Positions 9,851-21,115 of a DNA stretch of 64,000 nucleotides are shown piece by piece. Position 1 is the first letter of the stretch. Each line of letters opens with the position of its first letter. Origin of the DNA: Basidiobolus meristosporus CBS 931.73 (lineage: Eukaryota > Fungi > Basidiobolomycota); NCBI GenBank assembly GCA_002104905.1, contig MCFE01000369.1, forward strand, positions 1-64,000, written 5' to 3'. The notes beneath the pieces are model-generated. The model was not told where the DNA came from. It was given only the letters and a program-made list of their open reading frames with translations, and did not search any database. The position numbers and the translations under genes were made by a program.

Positions 9851-11833
9851 CTAATACGCTGCGACTTGTCCAGCCAATGGGATTGGCTGCTGGATTGGTA
9901 CACTGGCAATGTGCTCCGAAAAGTCGATACCTTCCGCAGGTTTGATAACAGCCTGTAGGTTGACATTGCTTTTGGGGGCCGACGATGGCTGCTCTTCCAT
10001 AAGGTCCTTCATCTCAAGAAGACTCTGTGTAAGATGCTCAATAAGCATTTTTGGTTTACTCTCAACAAGGCCTGCGCAGTTAAAGTGTAGAGAGTTTTCG
10101 CGGATCATATAGGCTAGACCAAAGCCATCAGGGACAACCTCTCCCCAGCCATACTGGTCAAATAGGTCATCAGAGATCTGTGATGTGGAGAGGTGCCAGT
10201 GGGAGGTTTTCTCGTAGCTTGTGTCCAGGAATATCTCCGGCTTGGGCTCATCTGGCTCAACAAGGAATCGGAGCCCGAGCAGATGGCGATCCACCCCCTT
10301 TCCTTCAACTGCTGCTAGCGTGTACTCTGAGTGTGCCTTGATGGCCTTCCTAAGAAGCTCTTGCTTGTCGGTGGCTGATCTGGAGCTATCACACATCGCC
10401 TTCACCCACTCGACCGAGTCGGCGGACACTGTGCGACAGGTCTCGGTTCGTCCATAGGCGAACTTCCGTGTGGCCGCTGACTCGTAGGTGGCTCTGCATA
10501 CGCCAAACATCTTGTAGTAGGCCAGCTGGATAGCCATCTGAACATACGCATCAGGACTCATCTTGAACTTCTTGATCAATCCCTTGCCATATAGATTATA
10601 CTCCATGACGCCTACTGAGTGTGCATTTACCTCGCGACTAAAGAGCTCCTCTGCTTCCTTGATCGCTTTCAGAATCTTTGGTGTTGATTTCATTGGGAAA
10701 TATAGGGTAGATTTCTCAGGTGCACGGTAAATGATTCCGGATGATTTGGGAAGTGGTTGTTTAGCTGACTTTTCAATTGCGAAATGGCACATGCGGGCAG
10801 TGACAGTGCCATCCATTCTCGAGTGCTCTCCATTGAACCCGGCCATACCATTGCTGAACACAAGAATCTGGAAACATTTGTCGTAGTATCTGTTCTTCCC
10901 TGTTCCGTGCCAGCAGCTGCGTGCGAACTCCTCCGCTGTGCTGGGCGAGTAGTCCTCCAATGACAACAGGAACATCGCCGTCTCGAGCTTGTGCAGGGTC
11001 TCCTTGTTCGATGGATGTGCCTCGATGATCATCTTTCTGTTCTCCGCCCATCTGTCACGATCGGTGGTGGTCAGTATTCCGAACGCTGGATCGTCTGACT
11101 GATCAGCCAATGCGATAATGCTCGAGAGCTGGCTCATGATGTCATCGGCGGTAAGCTGAGTTCCATCCGGGCGAACCGTGTCAAAGATATAGAACTGACC
11201 CTTTCGGGCAACGGCCAGGTGGTTGTTCGTCTCGTAGTCGTACGACTCAGCATGGTCCTCGGGTGAGGCTGGGAAGCGGCACGAGTTGAACATGTAGTTG
11301 TACTGACTGGTGCAGAACGGAACATCGCGGGCACAGTCTGGCTCGAGCTGGCGACTCACCACGTCCTGTCGAAACTCCATAATGGCCTTCACCAGGCCAG
11401 CAGCTCTTTGCAACTGGCTGGGGTGTCTTGGATCGTCACGGAAGCCAAAGAAATAGTTCACGTAGAAGGTGATGGAGTCGCGATAGGCAAAGTAGGCGTA
11501 CTCGTTCCACCACTCGTGCAACCAACTGGTCGTGGAGGTGGCGGCGCGAGCAAGCAATCTTCTCTGCAAAAGCTCGCCCTGCCCTCCTGGCTTGCCGAAT
11601 TCCTTCACTGCAAGTTCAGTTTTTTGATACTCTTCCTCTGTTAGTAAGGGTTTTGCTGAACGAAGGTAGCGATTTAGTGTTTCTTGTAGATCAGGAACGG
11701 GCAGTTTTGGAAGGTCCTTTTGTCCCTTATCCATAGGAGTGATTTCATCGGATTTAAGCTGGGGCTCAGATCCAGGGAAGGAGTATCCCAATGGATGGAA
11801 GCTCATCAATCTAGAGAATAGGCTATATGGCAT
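9851..11833 (-). CDS. Carnitine O-acetyltransferase, copy 1 (660 aa, intronless)
   Basis: LPKLPVPDLQETLNRYL, WLHEWW, catalytic FNGEHSRMDG, SPDAYVQMAIQLAYY, YESAATRKFAYGRTE, GKGVDRHLLGL, HLSTSQ, GWGEVVPDGFGLAY. Confidence 0.95.
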   Translation of the reverse strand: MPYSLFSRLMSFHPLGYSFPGSEPQLKSDEITPMDKGQKDLPKLPVPDLQETLNRYLRSAKPLLTEEEYQKTELAVKEFGKPGGQGELLQRRLLARAATSTTSWLHEWWNEYAYFAYRDSITFYVNYFFGFRDDPRHPSQLQRAAGLVKAIMEFRQDVVSRQLEPDCARDVPFCTSQYNYMFNSCRFPASPEDHAESYDYETNNHLAVARKGQFYIFDTVRPDGTQLTADDIMSQLSSIIALADQSDDPAFGILTTTDRDRWAENRKMIIEAHPSNKETLHKLETAMFLLSLEDYSPSTAEEFARSCWHGTGKNRYYDKCFQILVFSNGMAGFNGEHSRMDGTVTARMCHFAIEKSAKQPLPKSSGIIYRAPEKSTLYFPMKSTPKILKAIKEAEELFSREVNAHSVGVMEYNLYGKGLIKKFKMSPDAYVQMAIQLAYYKMFGVCRATYESAATRKFAYGRTETCRTVSADSVEWVKAMCDSSRSATDKQELLRKAIKAHSEYTLAAVEGKGVDRHLLGLRFLVEPDEPKPEIFLDTSYEKTSHWHLSTSQISDDLFDQYGWGEVVPDGFGLAYMIRENSLHFNCAGLVESKPKMLIEHLTQSLLEMKDLMEEQPSSAPKSNVNLQAVIKPAEGIDFSEHIASVPIQQPIPLAGQVAAY

Positions 11834-12766
11834 TCTTAAACAATGTAGACTACTGGGCAAGAAGGATAAGGTAAAGAACTCCTATTCGGGAGAAGGAGAA
11901 AAGGCAACTGAAGAAACAACCGTGGGCTGTAGGGATATTTAAGTAGAAATCAAGCAAGCGGTCAGATCTGTACGTCCTTCCACACGCAAGATGAAGGTCA
12001 GTGTGGAATAAATTAACTATATGACATTCACGCGGGCCATATGAAACTTGCCTTCAACATCTTACAGCATAATCATGTATTGGCAGCAATATTTCCATTA
12101 GTAGGCTCTCGGTATGGACCACATCAAAATCTGAGATCCTATTTCTCATCGGATAAATGCTGGTATCACTCATCTCCGGTTTCATCAATACGTGATCGTT
12201 GAGTTCAATCTTTTTTCGCACATCTCCTCCGGGTCCACTTGACATGTCCTGGTGAAGGCTTACCTGTTTTGGCGATGGTGACAGCACACTGACTCATTGA
12301 TGCGAAGGAAATGAAATTTCCTCCAAACGGAAACCCGCTGTGCTCACCCAAACAAATGCCCAGCGGTGGCGGAACTCAGCGGCTCGGTAGCCAGAACGCA
12401 TGGCTAGAGAGGGCTGAATTCAACCCACACAACCAACCATCTCACAACCCTAAGGCCCTGGCGGTTTCACCGAAAAGCAAGTTATCGGTAGAATTTTCTG
12501 GGGTGATACAGCTCATTCCTGTCCGCCTCAATTTCAACTTGATGAATCCACACAATGGTCTCGGAGATGCAAGCAGGTTCGTCTTGGCCTATTTTGCCGA
12601 TCAGAATAAACGCCAATTGAGACCACATAAATAAACCTGGGTTCCGGGAGTTAGGATGTCGACTGAATGGTCTAGATCCACCATCGACCGCGATGATCAC
12701 CTCAGTCACAAGCCAATTTGCTAGATTATATTCATATTTATAACCTGTTCATCTATTGCCAATCAC

Positions 12767-13099
12767 ATGCCCATCAATCAAGTTGCTATTTTTGCCGTTT
12801 GCTTAACTCTGTTAGCCTTTTTCCTTCCTCTGAAGCAACTATTCCACTGCTCACGTGGATCGTGTCCTTCCTGTGGAGCAATCTATTCTGCTACTCACGT
12901 GCGTCAGACAACACCAGAAAAGTCGATCCGGCCGGCATTGTGGTGGACAGCCAGCCTTCGTCGCAACGCCTCAGCTGGTCCCGTAGACTCCCATCACGAG
13001 GAAGCACTATGGGAACTGAGCTCACAGCAATATGCTTTCTGGTGTCATTGGACCACGCTCCTAATTCAGCTAAATGGATATGTGCCTGTCCTAGACTAG
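12767..13099 (+). CDS. Possible small secreted or membrane-anchored protein (110 aa), unknown function
   Basis: ATG start, hydrophobic N-terminus VAIFAVCLTLLAFFL, a CxxxCPSC motif. No family recognised. Confidence 0.3.
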   Translation: MPINQVAIFAVCLTLLAFFLPLKQLFHCSRGSCPSCGAIYSATHVRQTTPEKSIRPALWWTASLRRNASAGPVDSHHEEALWELSSQQYAFWCHWTTLLIQLNGYVPVLD

Positions 13100-13521
13100 A
13101 AAATCAACTGTTTCACAATGTTACCTGATCATTACGCACCATCCAAAAGCCCATTCACCCTTATCTCCTGTACTCAATCATAATCCTATTATCCCTCCTT
13201 CCTCCCATGATAATCCCTCAGTTTCCCACGTCCTCCCGATCCCCGCAATCATCATTCCATGCGTACTGTTTGATATCATTCCCCTATTATAAGTGCTGTA
13301 TTTATCCTGTGAATCCTATATTTTCCATGTGCTCTTGGCGATAATTAATGGCTGTTATGAGTTCCAACTTGTTCCTGTCTGGTTCACTAATTGGAAGCGG
13401 CTTGATGGAATCCATGTGAAATCAAGGGGAGTATATATAGCTACGTTATCGATGATAGTACTAGCTTCCGTTCCTTTTCTGTAGTCTTTAGTTGTAGCCT
13501 TAATTCAGATTATTCAAAAAA

Positions 13522-15499
13522 ATGCCTTACAGTTTATTTTCAAGAGTTATGGGCTTTCGCCCGCTGGGGTATACTTTCCCAAATTCTGAGCCCGTACTCA
13601 AGATTGATGAGGTGGCCCCTATGGACAAGGGGCAGAAAAGTCTGCCTAGATTGCCAGTCCCCGACTTGGAAGCTACTCTTGAGCGATATCTTCGTTCCGT
13701 AAAACCTTTACTAAGTGATGAGGAATACCAGCATACAGAGAAGGCCGTTCGTGAGTTTGGTAAGCCAGGTGGGCAGGGCGAGCTTTTGCAGAGAAGATTG
13801 CTTGCTCGCGCCGCCACCTCCACGACCAGTTGGTTGCACGAGTGGTGGAACGAGTACGCCTACTTTGCCTATCGCGACTCCATCACCTTCTACGTGAACT
13901 ATTTCTTTGGCTTCCGTGACGATCCAAGACACCCCAGCCAGTTGCAAAGAGCTGCTGGCCTGGTGAAGGCCATTATGGAGTTTCGACAGGACGTGGTGAG
14001 TCGCCAGCTCGAGCCAGACTGTGCCCGCGATGTTCCGTTCTGCACCAGTCAGTACAACTACATGTTCAACTCGTGCCGCTTCCCAGCCTCACCCGAGGAC
14101 CATGCTGAGTCGTACGACTACGAGACGAACAACCACCTGGCCGTTGCCCGAAAGGGTCAGTTCTATATCTTTGACACGGTTCGCCCGGATGGAACTCAGC
14201 TTACCGCCGATGACATCATGAGCCAGCTCTCGAGCATTATCGCATTGGCTGATCAGTCAGACGATCCAGCGTTCGGAATACTGACCACCACCGATCGTGA
14301 CAGATGGGCGGAGAACAGAAAGATGATCATCGAGGCACATCCATCGAACAAGGAGACCCTGCACAAGCTCGAGACGGCGATGTTCCTGTTGTCATTGGAG
14401 GATTACTCGCCCAGCACAGCGGAGGAGTTCGCACGCAGCTGCTGGCACGGAACAGGGAAGAACAGATACTACGACAAATGTTTCCAGATTCTTGTGTTCA
14501 GCAATGGTATGGCCGGGTTCAATGGAGAGCACTCGAGAATGGATGGCACTGTCACTGCTCGCATGTGCCATTTCGCAGTGGAAAAATCAACCAGTCAGCC
14601 GTTGCCTAAAATGACTGGTTCAATTTACAAAACATCCGAGAAATTAACTCTGTACTTTTCGATCCAATCCGCACCTAAAATACTGGAGGCGATCGAGTTC
14701 GCAGAGCAGAAATTCGAAGATGAGATTGAGGCACATGAAGTAGGGGTCCTCGAATACGACGGCTATGGCAAGGGATTGATCAAGAGGTTCAAGATGAGTC
14801 CCGATGCGTATGTTCAGATGGCTATCCAGCTGGCCTACTACAAGATGTTTGGCGTATGCAGAGCCACCTACGAGTCAGCAGCCACACGGAAGTTCGCCTA
14901 TGGACGAACCGAGACCTGTCGCACAGTGTCCGCCGACTCGGTCGAGTGGGTGAAGGCGATGTGTGATAGCTCCAGATCAGCCACAGAAAAGGCAAGAGCT
15001 TCTTCGGAAAGCTGTAAAGGCACACTCAGAATACACTTTGGCAGCGATAGAGGGAAGAGGAGTGGATCGCCATCTGCTCGGGCTCCGATTCCTTGTTGAG
15101 CCAGATGAGCCCAAGCCGGAGATATTCCTGGACACAAGCTACGAGAAAACCTCCCACTGGCACCTCTCCACATCACAGATCTCTGATGACCTATTTGACC
15201 AGTATGGCTGGGGAGAGGTTGTCCCTGATGGCTTTGGTCTAGCCTATATGATCCGCGAAAGATCACTTCACTTCAACTGTGCTGGCCTTGTGAATATGCA
15301 GCCCAAGAAGTTTTTGAAGCTAATTGAGGAAGCTCTGCTGGAAACTCGCGAGCTGTGCACACAGTGCTTTGATCTCTCGCCCACAGTCAAAAAGAATGGA
15401 ATTCAAGCCAAAGAGATCCCAAAGAAGATCGTTAATGAAGAGCAAAGTGTTGGAAACCACCTCACTATCAACGCCAGACCAGAGGCAGTTCAATCCTGA
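13522..15499 (+). CDS. Carnitine O-acetyltransferase, copy 2 (one extra G at ~14991 breaks the frame as assembled)
   Basis: Same motifs as copy 1. ORF 13522-15099 plus ORF 14963-15499 give a full-length protein if AAAGGCAAGAG is read AAG CAA GAG as in copy 1. Confidence 0.9.
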
Positions 15500-15700
15500 C
15501 TGGTTTGAGGATTGAATCGAACCTATCTGTACATACAAATTCAGCTATATATCTCTATCTATATCTATCGCACCACTATTAATAAACACTAGTATGGCTA
15601 CGCATTTAATTCATGGATGCACAAATCGTAACTGGAATCAACGTTGATAAATACTCAAAAAGGAAGATATTCTGGGGAAATCGAAAATTGTATCAAAACT

Positions 15701-17280
15701 TCAAAGGAACGTAGTACCGGTGACGCAGGCTCGGGGGAAATAACCTTTGGTTTCCGGGTCACGGGATTGATTGTAACCTCCAAACCACTCCTCGCCCACT
15801 TCTTCGGTGACTACGATTTCATCGCCCGTCTGGACCAGCATTTCATTAGGCCGTTGTGGCATGTAAGGCAAAAGGGCAGTCGTCGCGAACAGCGCTTCTT
15901 CGTGGCTAGTACTTGAGCAAAGCGAGCTGGTGGTGGAGGACCTGCGCAGGTTGGGGGTCATTCGATCGAAGTCTGAAAATCCAATAATCAAGGTTTCTAA
16001 ACGTGCATGAAACAATAGATTAGTAGCCAATCGAAGTGAGAACTTGTTATTAATTACCTTCCAAGGCGGAGCCTCTAACTCCGATAGAGCTCTGGGTACT
16101 GCATCTAGAAGGTTGACCCGGGGGCAATGCCAGCAGACCATTGGAGCCCATGATACTTGGTAGTTCAGACGGGGTTACGGATCTTGTAGAGGTATAGGAC
16201 TGACGAGTAATAAGCGGAGGGGCAGCAGGAATCAAGGAATGGCGCTGCAGGGGCACAGGGGCATTCATACCTGGTGAATGAGCGGCAATCTCTGCCACCT
16301 CTTCCAAATCGGCATATCCTAATGGTATGCATAAGTATGAGTGAGCAAAATACGTTGACAGATGAAGAGCTATTCTGGGAACCTTTGGAGCATCTACGGG
16401 ATTCTCTAGCCTGGCGGCGTGTTCTGACTAACCGGTAGCCTATAAACCCACCGAGGCCAATGACAAATGCAAGTGCACCAACAGAGCCACCTATGATCAC
16501 GGGATAATTCTTGGTGTCACTGGGAGTGTCCTGACCATTACTGGCTTCTAAATTTCCGGTGGATGAAAGCCTGGAGTTGGTATCGGTCCCCGAAATGGGG
16601 GCTGGGGCTTCTGTGGGTGCCTCACTGGCAAGTGTAGTCTGATCAACAGGAACTGGGATGTTGGTCGGCTGCTCGGAAGAAACCAGGTCTGTAGGCTCCG
16701 AAGTTGGAGGGATGTTAATCGTGGTGGTGGTTGTGGGGATTATGGTAACTGCATTCCCGTCTTCATCCCAAAGGGTGTAGGTAGTAGGGGTGGGGGTGGT
16801 GGCTACAGTGTTACCGTTTTGGTCCCATTCGATAGAGACCGTTTGGGTGGTGGCCAGAGAATGGCCAGCGCCATTCATTGTTGGGGGGAAAACAATTCCA
16901 TTTCCTTCGTCATCCCAAAGAGTGGAGGTGGCTCGCGAGGATTCGGTAAGACTTGGCTTATCTGAAGCTAAGGTGATAGATGATGTTGGTTTGGAATTGT
17001 CGGTATCACCGTCATTGTCATCTCCGGAGTCATTATCATCGCCGTCGTCATCACCACCACCATCGCCATCGCCACTGTCGCTGTCGCTGTCGCCGTCGCC
17101 GTCGTCATCCCTTCGAACGAGACCTACTCTGCAATAGATATCACGACATCTACGTGGGGAGAGGTTAATGGATTTTCTTGCTGGATCGCGGCGAACGACA
17201 GATCGAGAGGAGGCGGAGTTAGAGGGACTAAGACAATAGACGCCGCTGAGTAAAACTAGTATCAGAAGACTGGACTTCAT
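15701..17280 (-). CDS. Single-pass type I membrane protein: signal peptide, acidic and Thr-rich ectodomain, TM helix, C-terminal SH3 domain; probably 3 exons
   Basis: MKSSLLILVLLSGVYC signal; TM IIGGSVGALAFVIGLGGFIGY followed by RLVRTRR; SH3-like ALLPYMPQRPNEMLVQTGDEIVV..EEWFGG..KGYFPRACV. The intron near 16000-16059 is well supported. The donor of the intron ending near 16319 is uncertain. Confidence 0.72.
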
Positions 17281-17567
17281 GTAGACGTAGAGCCAGCTCT
17301 AGAAAAGGGAATTAGTTGGGTAATAAGACAGATAAAAGGGAGTGTTAATAGATTCCCTGCTGCTTTATAGCAGATAGACTAGGAGGCAGTCTGTTGTGTA
17401 CCCATGCACGTAAATTCCAGGACAAGCTCAATGCTGTTTCACATTCCTATTATTGGTAAGATGGAGATGTGTTGCGGTTGTTATTGACCGATGTTTGGCA
17501 TCAGGATCAAAGGTGCCTGGCTCTCCACGTACATCATCCTAGCTAGTGGAGAATAAGCCATCTCGAT

Positions 17568-17617
17568 CAACCTCCGTGCTTCCAATCCATCCCAACCTCC
17601 GTGCTTCCAATCCATCC
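17568..17617. repeat. Perfect 25-bp tandem duplication in a divergent promoter
   Basis: CAACCTCCGTGCTTCCAATCCATCC twice in tandem. Confidence 0.85.
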
Positions 17618-17869
17618 AAATGATTCTCAAACCAGCCAATTGTCCAGTGGTTGGCAGGAATCCACTAGGTTTCATGATCAAATATGGAATTTAGCTCAGG
17701 ATAACCAGTCCACTTTATTGAGCGAATGCAGCCAAATCCCAGAGGGTCACCTGAGGGGAGGGTGGACAAAGTGAACTCGATTTTTTTTAGCATTTTTTTT
17801 CCTGGATGTTGTTATTATCGGAAATGGGGGAATTTCTGGGAGATGTGGGTGAATCGTTGAACGAAATTC

Positions 17870-19943
17870 ATGGAGACTGCCAAGAAGAAAGGGAAGGAAA
17901 AGGTCCGTTCGAAAGGGGAGACGACGAAAGCCGATAAGAAGCGTACCCCTGAGAAAGCCTCGAAGAGAAAGCATGAGGAGAGCGTTGAGGAGCCCCCCAG
18001 AAAGAAAAAGTCTGGGGTAGAGACGACTCCAGTAAAGGCCCATCCCAAGAGTGACGACGAAAAAGCGAAAAAGAAAAAGTCAAAGAAAAAGAAGAAGGAG
18101 AAGGCGCATAAGCAGAGTTCTTCAAGCGTCAAACAGGAGCCCGAAGGCAATAAAAAACCAACTCCACCACCTACTACTCCCGCTTCTCCCCCCAAAACCC
18201 CCACCATCAAAGACGTCGAGGTAAAGCACACCAAAGACAGCAAAAAGGAGAAAAAGGCCAAGAAAAACAAAAAGGAGAAGAAAAGAAAGGGCGAGAAGGA
18301 AAACCCCGCCAAGCCGGAAAGCAACGAGAGCAATCTGGAGGTGAAAACGAACTCACCTAAAAAACGCAAGTCTAGTAAGCTTGATGCCCCCGATGCGGAG
18401 AAGTTGAAGACGAAAGACTTACCCCCAAGCACCCCAGCTGCCCTAGCGAAGAGCGCTGCGGCAAAACCCCAACGCAAACCCAAGATATCGGATACTCAAA
18501 CCGCCCCGTCGGATAAGAAAGTACCACCACAACCTCAGGCTACCCAACAGCAGAGCATCGCTTCGAAGAGCGCTGGGGCCAGAAAGGCGGTAGCCATTCC
18601 GATCCCAGCCGCAGCTACAATCTCGCAGCCCGCCAAAGCAACAAAGAAGGCCGCCCCGATTGCTGTCCCTACCACCAAGAATGGCAGCAAGAAAAGGCAC
18701 CCGCTTACCCCAGCCATCATTCCGGATGATTCGGACGAGGAGTTTACGCCCGAGCTATTAGATGACAACAAAGCCAAGGCAAAGCCTCCCAAGAAAATGA
18801 AGCTACCTGCAATGTGCGGGGGTACCGAGTTCCTAGCAGAGACCCAGGAAGAGGCGGCACAAAGAATACAAGAATACGAAGAGTTCAGACGGAAGCGACA
18901 GGAAGTGGTGGGCTCTACTGGGAAGATCGAGTTCAACGCCGATGGCGTGAGTCTTATCCAGGAGAAATGGGCCTGACTCCAAAGTATTCCAGCAGCTTGA
19001 GGCCTCGGGATACGCCGTGCGAAAGGGAAAGTTCAGCAAGGAGGAGGACGAGGTCATCACTAAGGCGGTGGAGAACTACCTTGCGGTAAGGGGTTTGATG
19101 CAGACGCTCAATGAGAAGCCACTAACCAGAAACGCATTTAGGAGCGCAACGAGGGGGTCGAGCTGATCCACCGCGTTCTGTTCGGAAGCAAATCCGAGAA
19201 AAGTCGCGACGAGTCCAAGCTGCTGTGCCAGGAGGTCGGCAAGGTAGTCCCCGATCGACCACTCAACGCCATCTACCTACGCCTCCGCCGCAAATATCAC
19301 CCCGACAACTACGGTGGGCCATTCACGCCGGAGCAGGAAGCCAAGCTCCATCAACTGGTCCTAATGTACGGCAGGGACTGGAAGAAGATTGGGCCACTGA
19401 TCGGACGAGAGCCTTCGAGCTGTCGCGACCGCTGGCGCTTCTACAAGATGGAGCCGTGCAAGACTGGTGCGTGGTCCGCTGAAGAGAACGAGAAACTCAA
19501 GACCATCATCTACAGCATGACCGTTGACATCGGACGCTCCGCCGAGCGGGACATCCCCTGGGAGGTGGTCGCGACGAAGATGGGTGATCGCAGCGGGAGA
19601 CAGTGTAGGATCCACTGGTACACCAGCCTTGACATGCAGCTCAAGGGGTTAGCCGAGTGAGGAGGAAGGGCTCACCAACACCCAGGAGTTCTTGAAACGA
19701 GTGTACGAGAGCGGCGCCAGGAGTGAATCCGAGATCCAATGGAGGAATCTCATCGATGATCAATGGAGCCCGTGGAACCCGTGCTTCATGGAGCAGACGT
19801 GGCGCAGATTGAAGTCGCTCATCCCCAATGTTGAGAGCATGTCCTTCGATCAAGTGCTTCACTACTTGATGCGTCAAAATGAGAAGCACCTCCAGCAGCT
19901 GTCGATGCCAGCCGACGGTGCACCCACCACCCCGTCGTCATAA
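17870..19943 (+). CDS. Myb/SANT-repeat DNA-binding protein, Reb1/Nsi1/TTF1/DMTF1 family, with Lys-rich N-terminus; introns ~18947-18992 and ~19086-19141; apparent +1 base at ~19653
   Basis: KGKFSKEEDEVI, GPFTPEQEAKL..LVLMYGRDWKKIG..IGREPSSCRDRWR, GAWSAEENEKL, IPWEVVATKMGDRSGRQCRIHW, ESEIQWRNL. Confidence 0.82.
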
Positions 19944-20240
19944 TTGTCAAATACCTGTCCACCTGCCCACCTGCCCACCTGTCCATCAATAGAATACATA
20001 ATAAATCACAGAATCCCTTGAACACTGTACATGCGTGGATCGTGATGGATCTTTATTTCAGGGAGCCCGCTATGAGGGTGAGGGTAGTTGGGGGTTCACA
20101 GTGAAGCTAAGGGTGGTTGGGATGATCCACTATGAAAGAATTTACACAGGCCGACATCAGCCGGCGTCTATACTCAACAGTATGTCGAATCAGGCCTATA
20201 AAGGCGCCCTTGGCCTACTTCCTCTCCCGACGAATCCCCA

Positions 20241-20844
20241 TCACCACTTTTCCTTGCGGCGCTTCTTCTTTTCCGGCCCTGGGCTATCGGTTACGCTGGT
20301 CATTCGTTGAGCTAGCTCGGCGTCGTCCATGTTGGTGCTCTTCTCGACCGCCAGCTCGCGGGCCTGTCTTTGCTTTTTCTCGCTGTCCACCGCGACTTTC
20401 TTTAGAAGACACGCTCAGTACCCAGCGCGTCGGACGTAACCACAATATCACTAACCTCGATGTCTTCGTTGAACGACTGATAGGATTTGCGGCCAACCAG
20501 GCCGGTCATGTTGAAGCTTAGATAGCTTGGCTCGTATTCGACCTGAAGTTTCCTTTGAGAAAGAGTTGAGAGTGGGATTCACGCTGAAACAAGCCAGTGC
20601 CGCTTACGGTTTTTCGATGGAGCTATCCTGGTACTCGACTTTCCAGTGCGATTGGGCGAGCGCCTTTTGCTCCGCCTCTTCCAGCCGGTCGCGAAGCTCG
20701 CGTTCTTGCTGTCTTTGCATGAACTAAATGGTTCGTTTGTACTTAGAAAAGGTAGCACCGGGGTGATCGTGCGTGGAAACGAACCTTCATGTTGAGCAGC
20801 TTGCTGGACAGTTCTTTCTTGTGAAGCTCTCGTGCGTTCGACAT
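20241..20844 (-). CDS. MPP6: M-phase phosphoprotein 6 (nuclear exosome cofactor), 4 exons
   Basis: Spliced MSNARELHKKELSSKLLNMKFMQR...GRKSYQSFNEDIEK...KKKRRKEKW. The LS..LL.MKFMQR and GR.S...FN..IE motifs are typical of MPP6. Confidence 0.8.
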
Positions 20845-21115
20845 GTCTGCTGTTTCGTGTGCACCTCGGGCGACAGAATAACACTGGACAAGATTTCGCT
20901 GAAAAAGAACCCGTCAGCTACCAACTATAGTCCAGATTTTTTTTCCATAAATCGTAGTGTTGCTTAATTTCAGCAATGTATGCCAACTTCACGCAGTTAG
21001 ACAGAATCTGGATGTTTTGTTTATTTGAGATGCCATGTTAATTGGCCCTTTATTGATCCGTTCGATTCTAGTCAACAAAACCAAGTTGGGTCTTCTAGGA
21101 AGCTTGTGAAGTGCC

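Noticed and set aside
10773-14609. Duplicated alternative-frame ORFs (MGGEQKDD.., MPAMFRSA.., MQLAGVSW..) in both CAT copies
   Set aside because: They are identical only because the underlying DNA tracts are identical. There is no independent coding evidence.
14991-14992. Programmed ribosomal frameshift in CAT copy 2
   Set aside because: No slippery heptamer or downstream structure is evident, copy 1 lacks the base, and the same type of +1 base recurs in three unrelated genes.
17815-18936. Hydrophobic antisense ORFs (17815-18483, 18535-18936) resembling membrane proteins
   Set aside because: They are reverse complements of Lys/Glu/Pro-rich codons in the Myb gene.
18947-18992. Premature stop at 18976 as a pseudogene lesion
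   Set aside because: It lies in a plausible 46-nt intron (GTGAGT..CTGAC..CAG) whose removal restores the frame.
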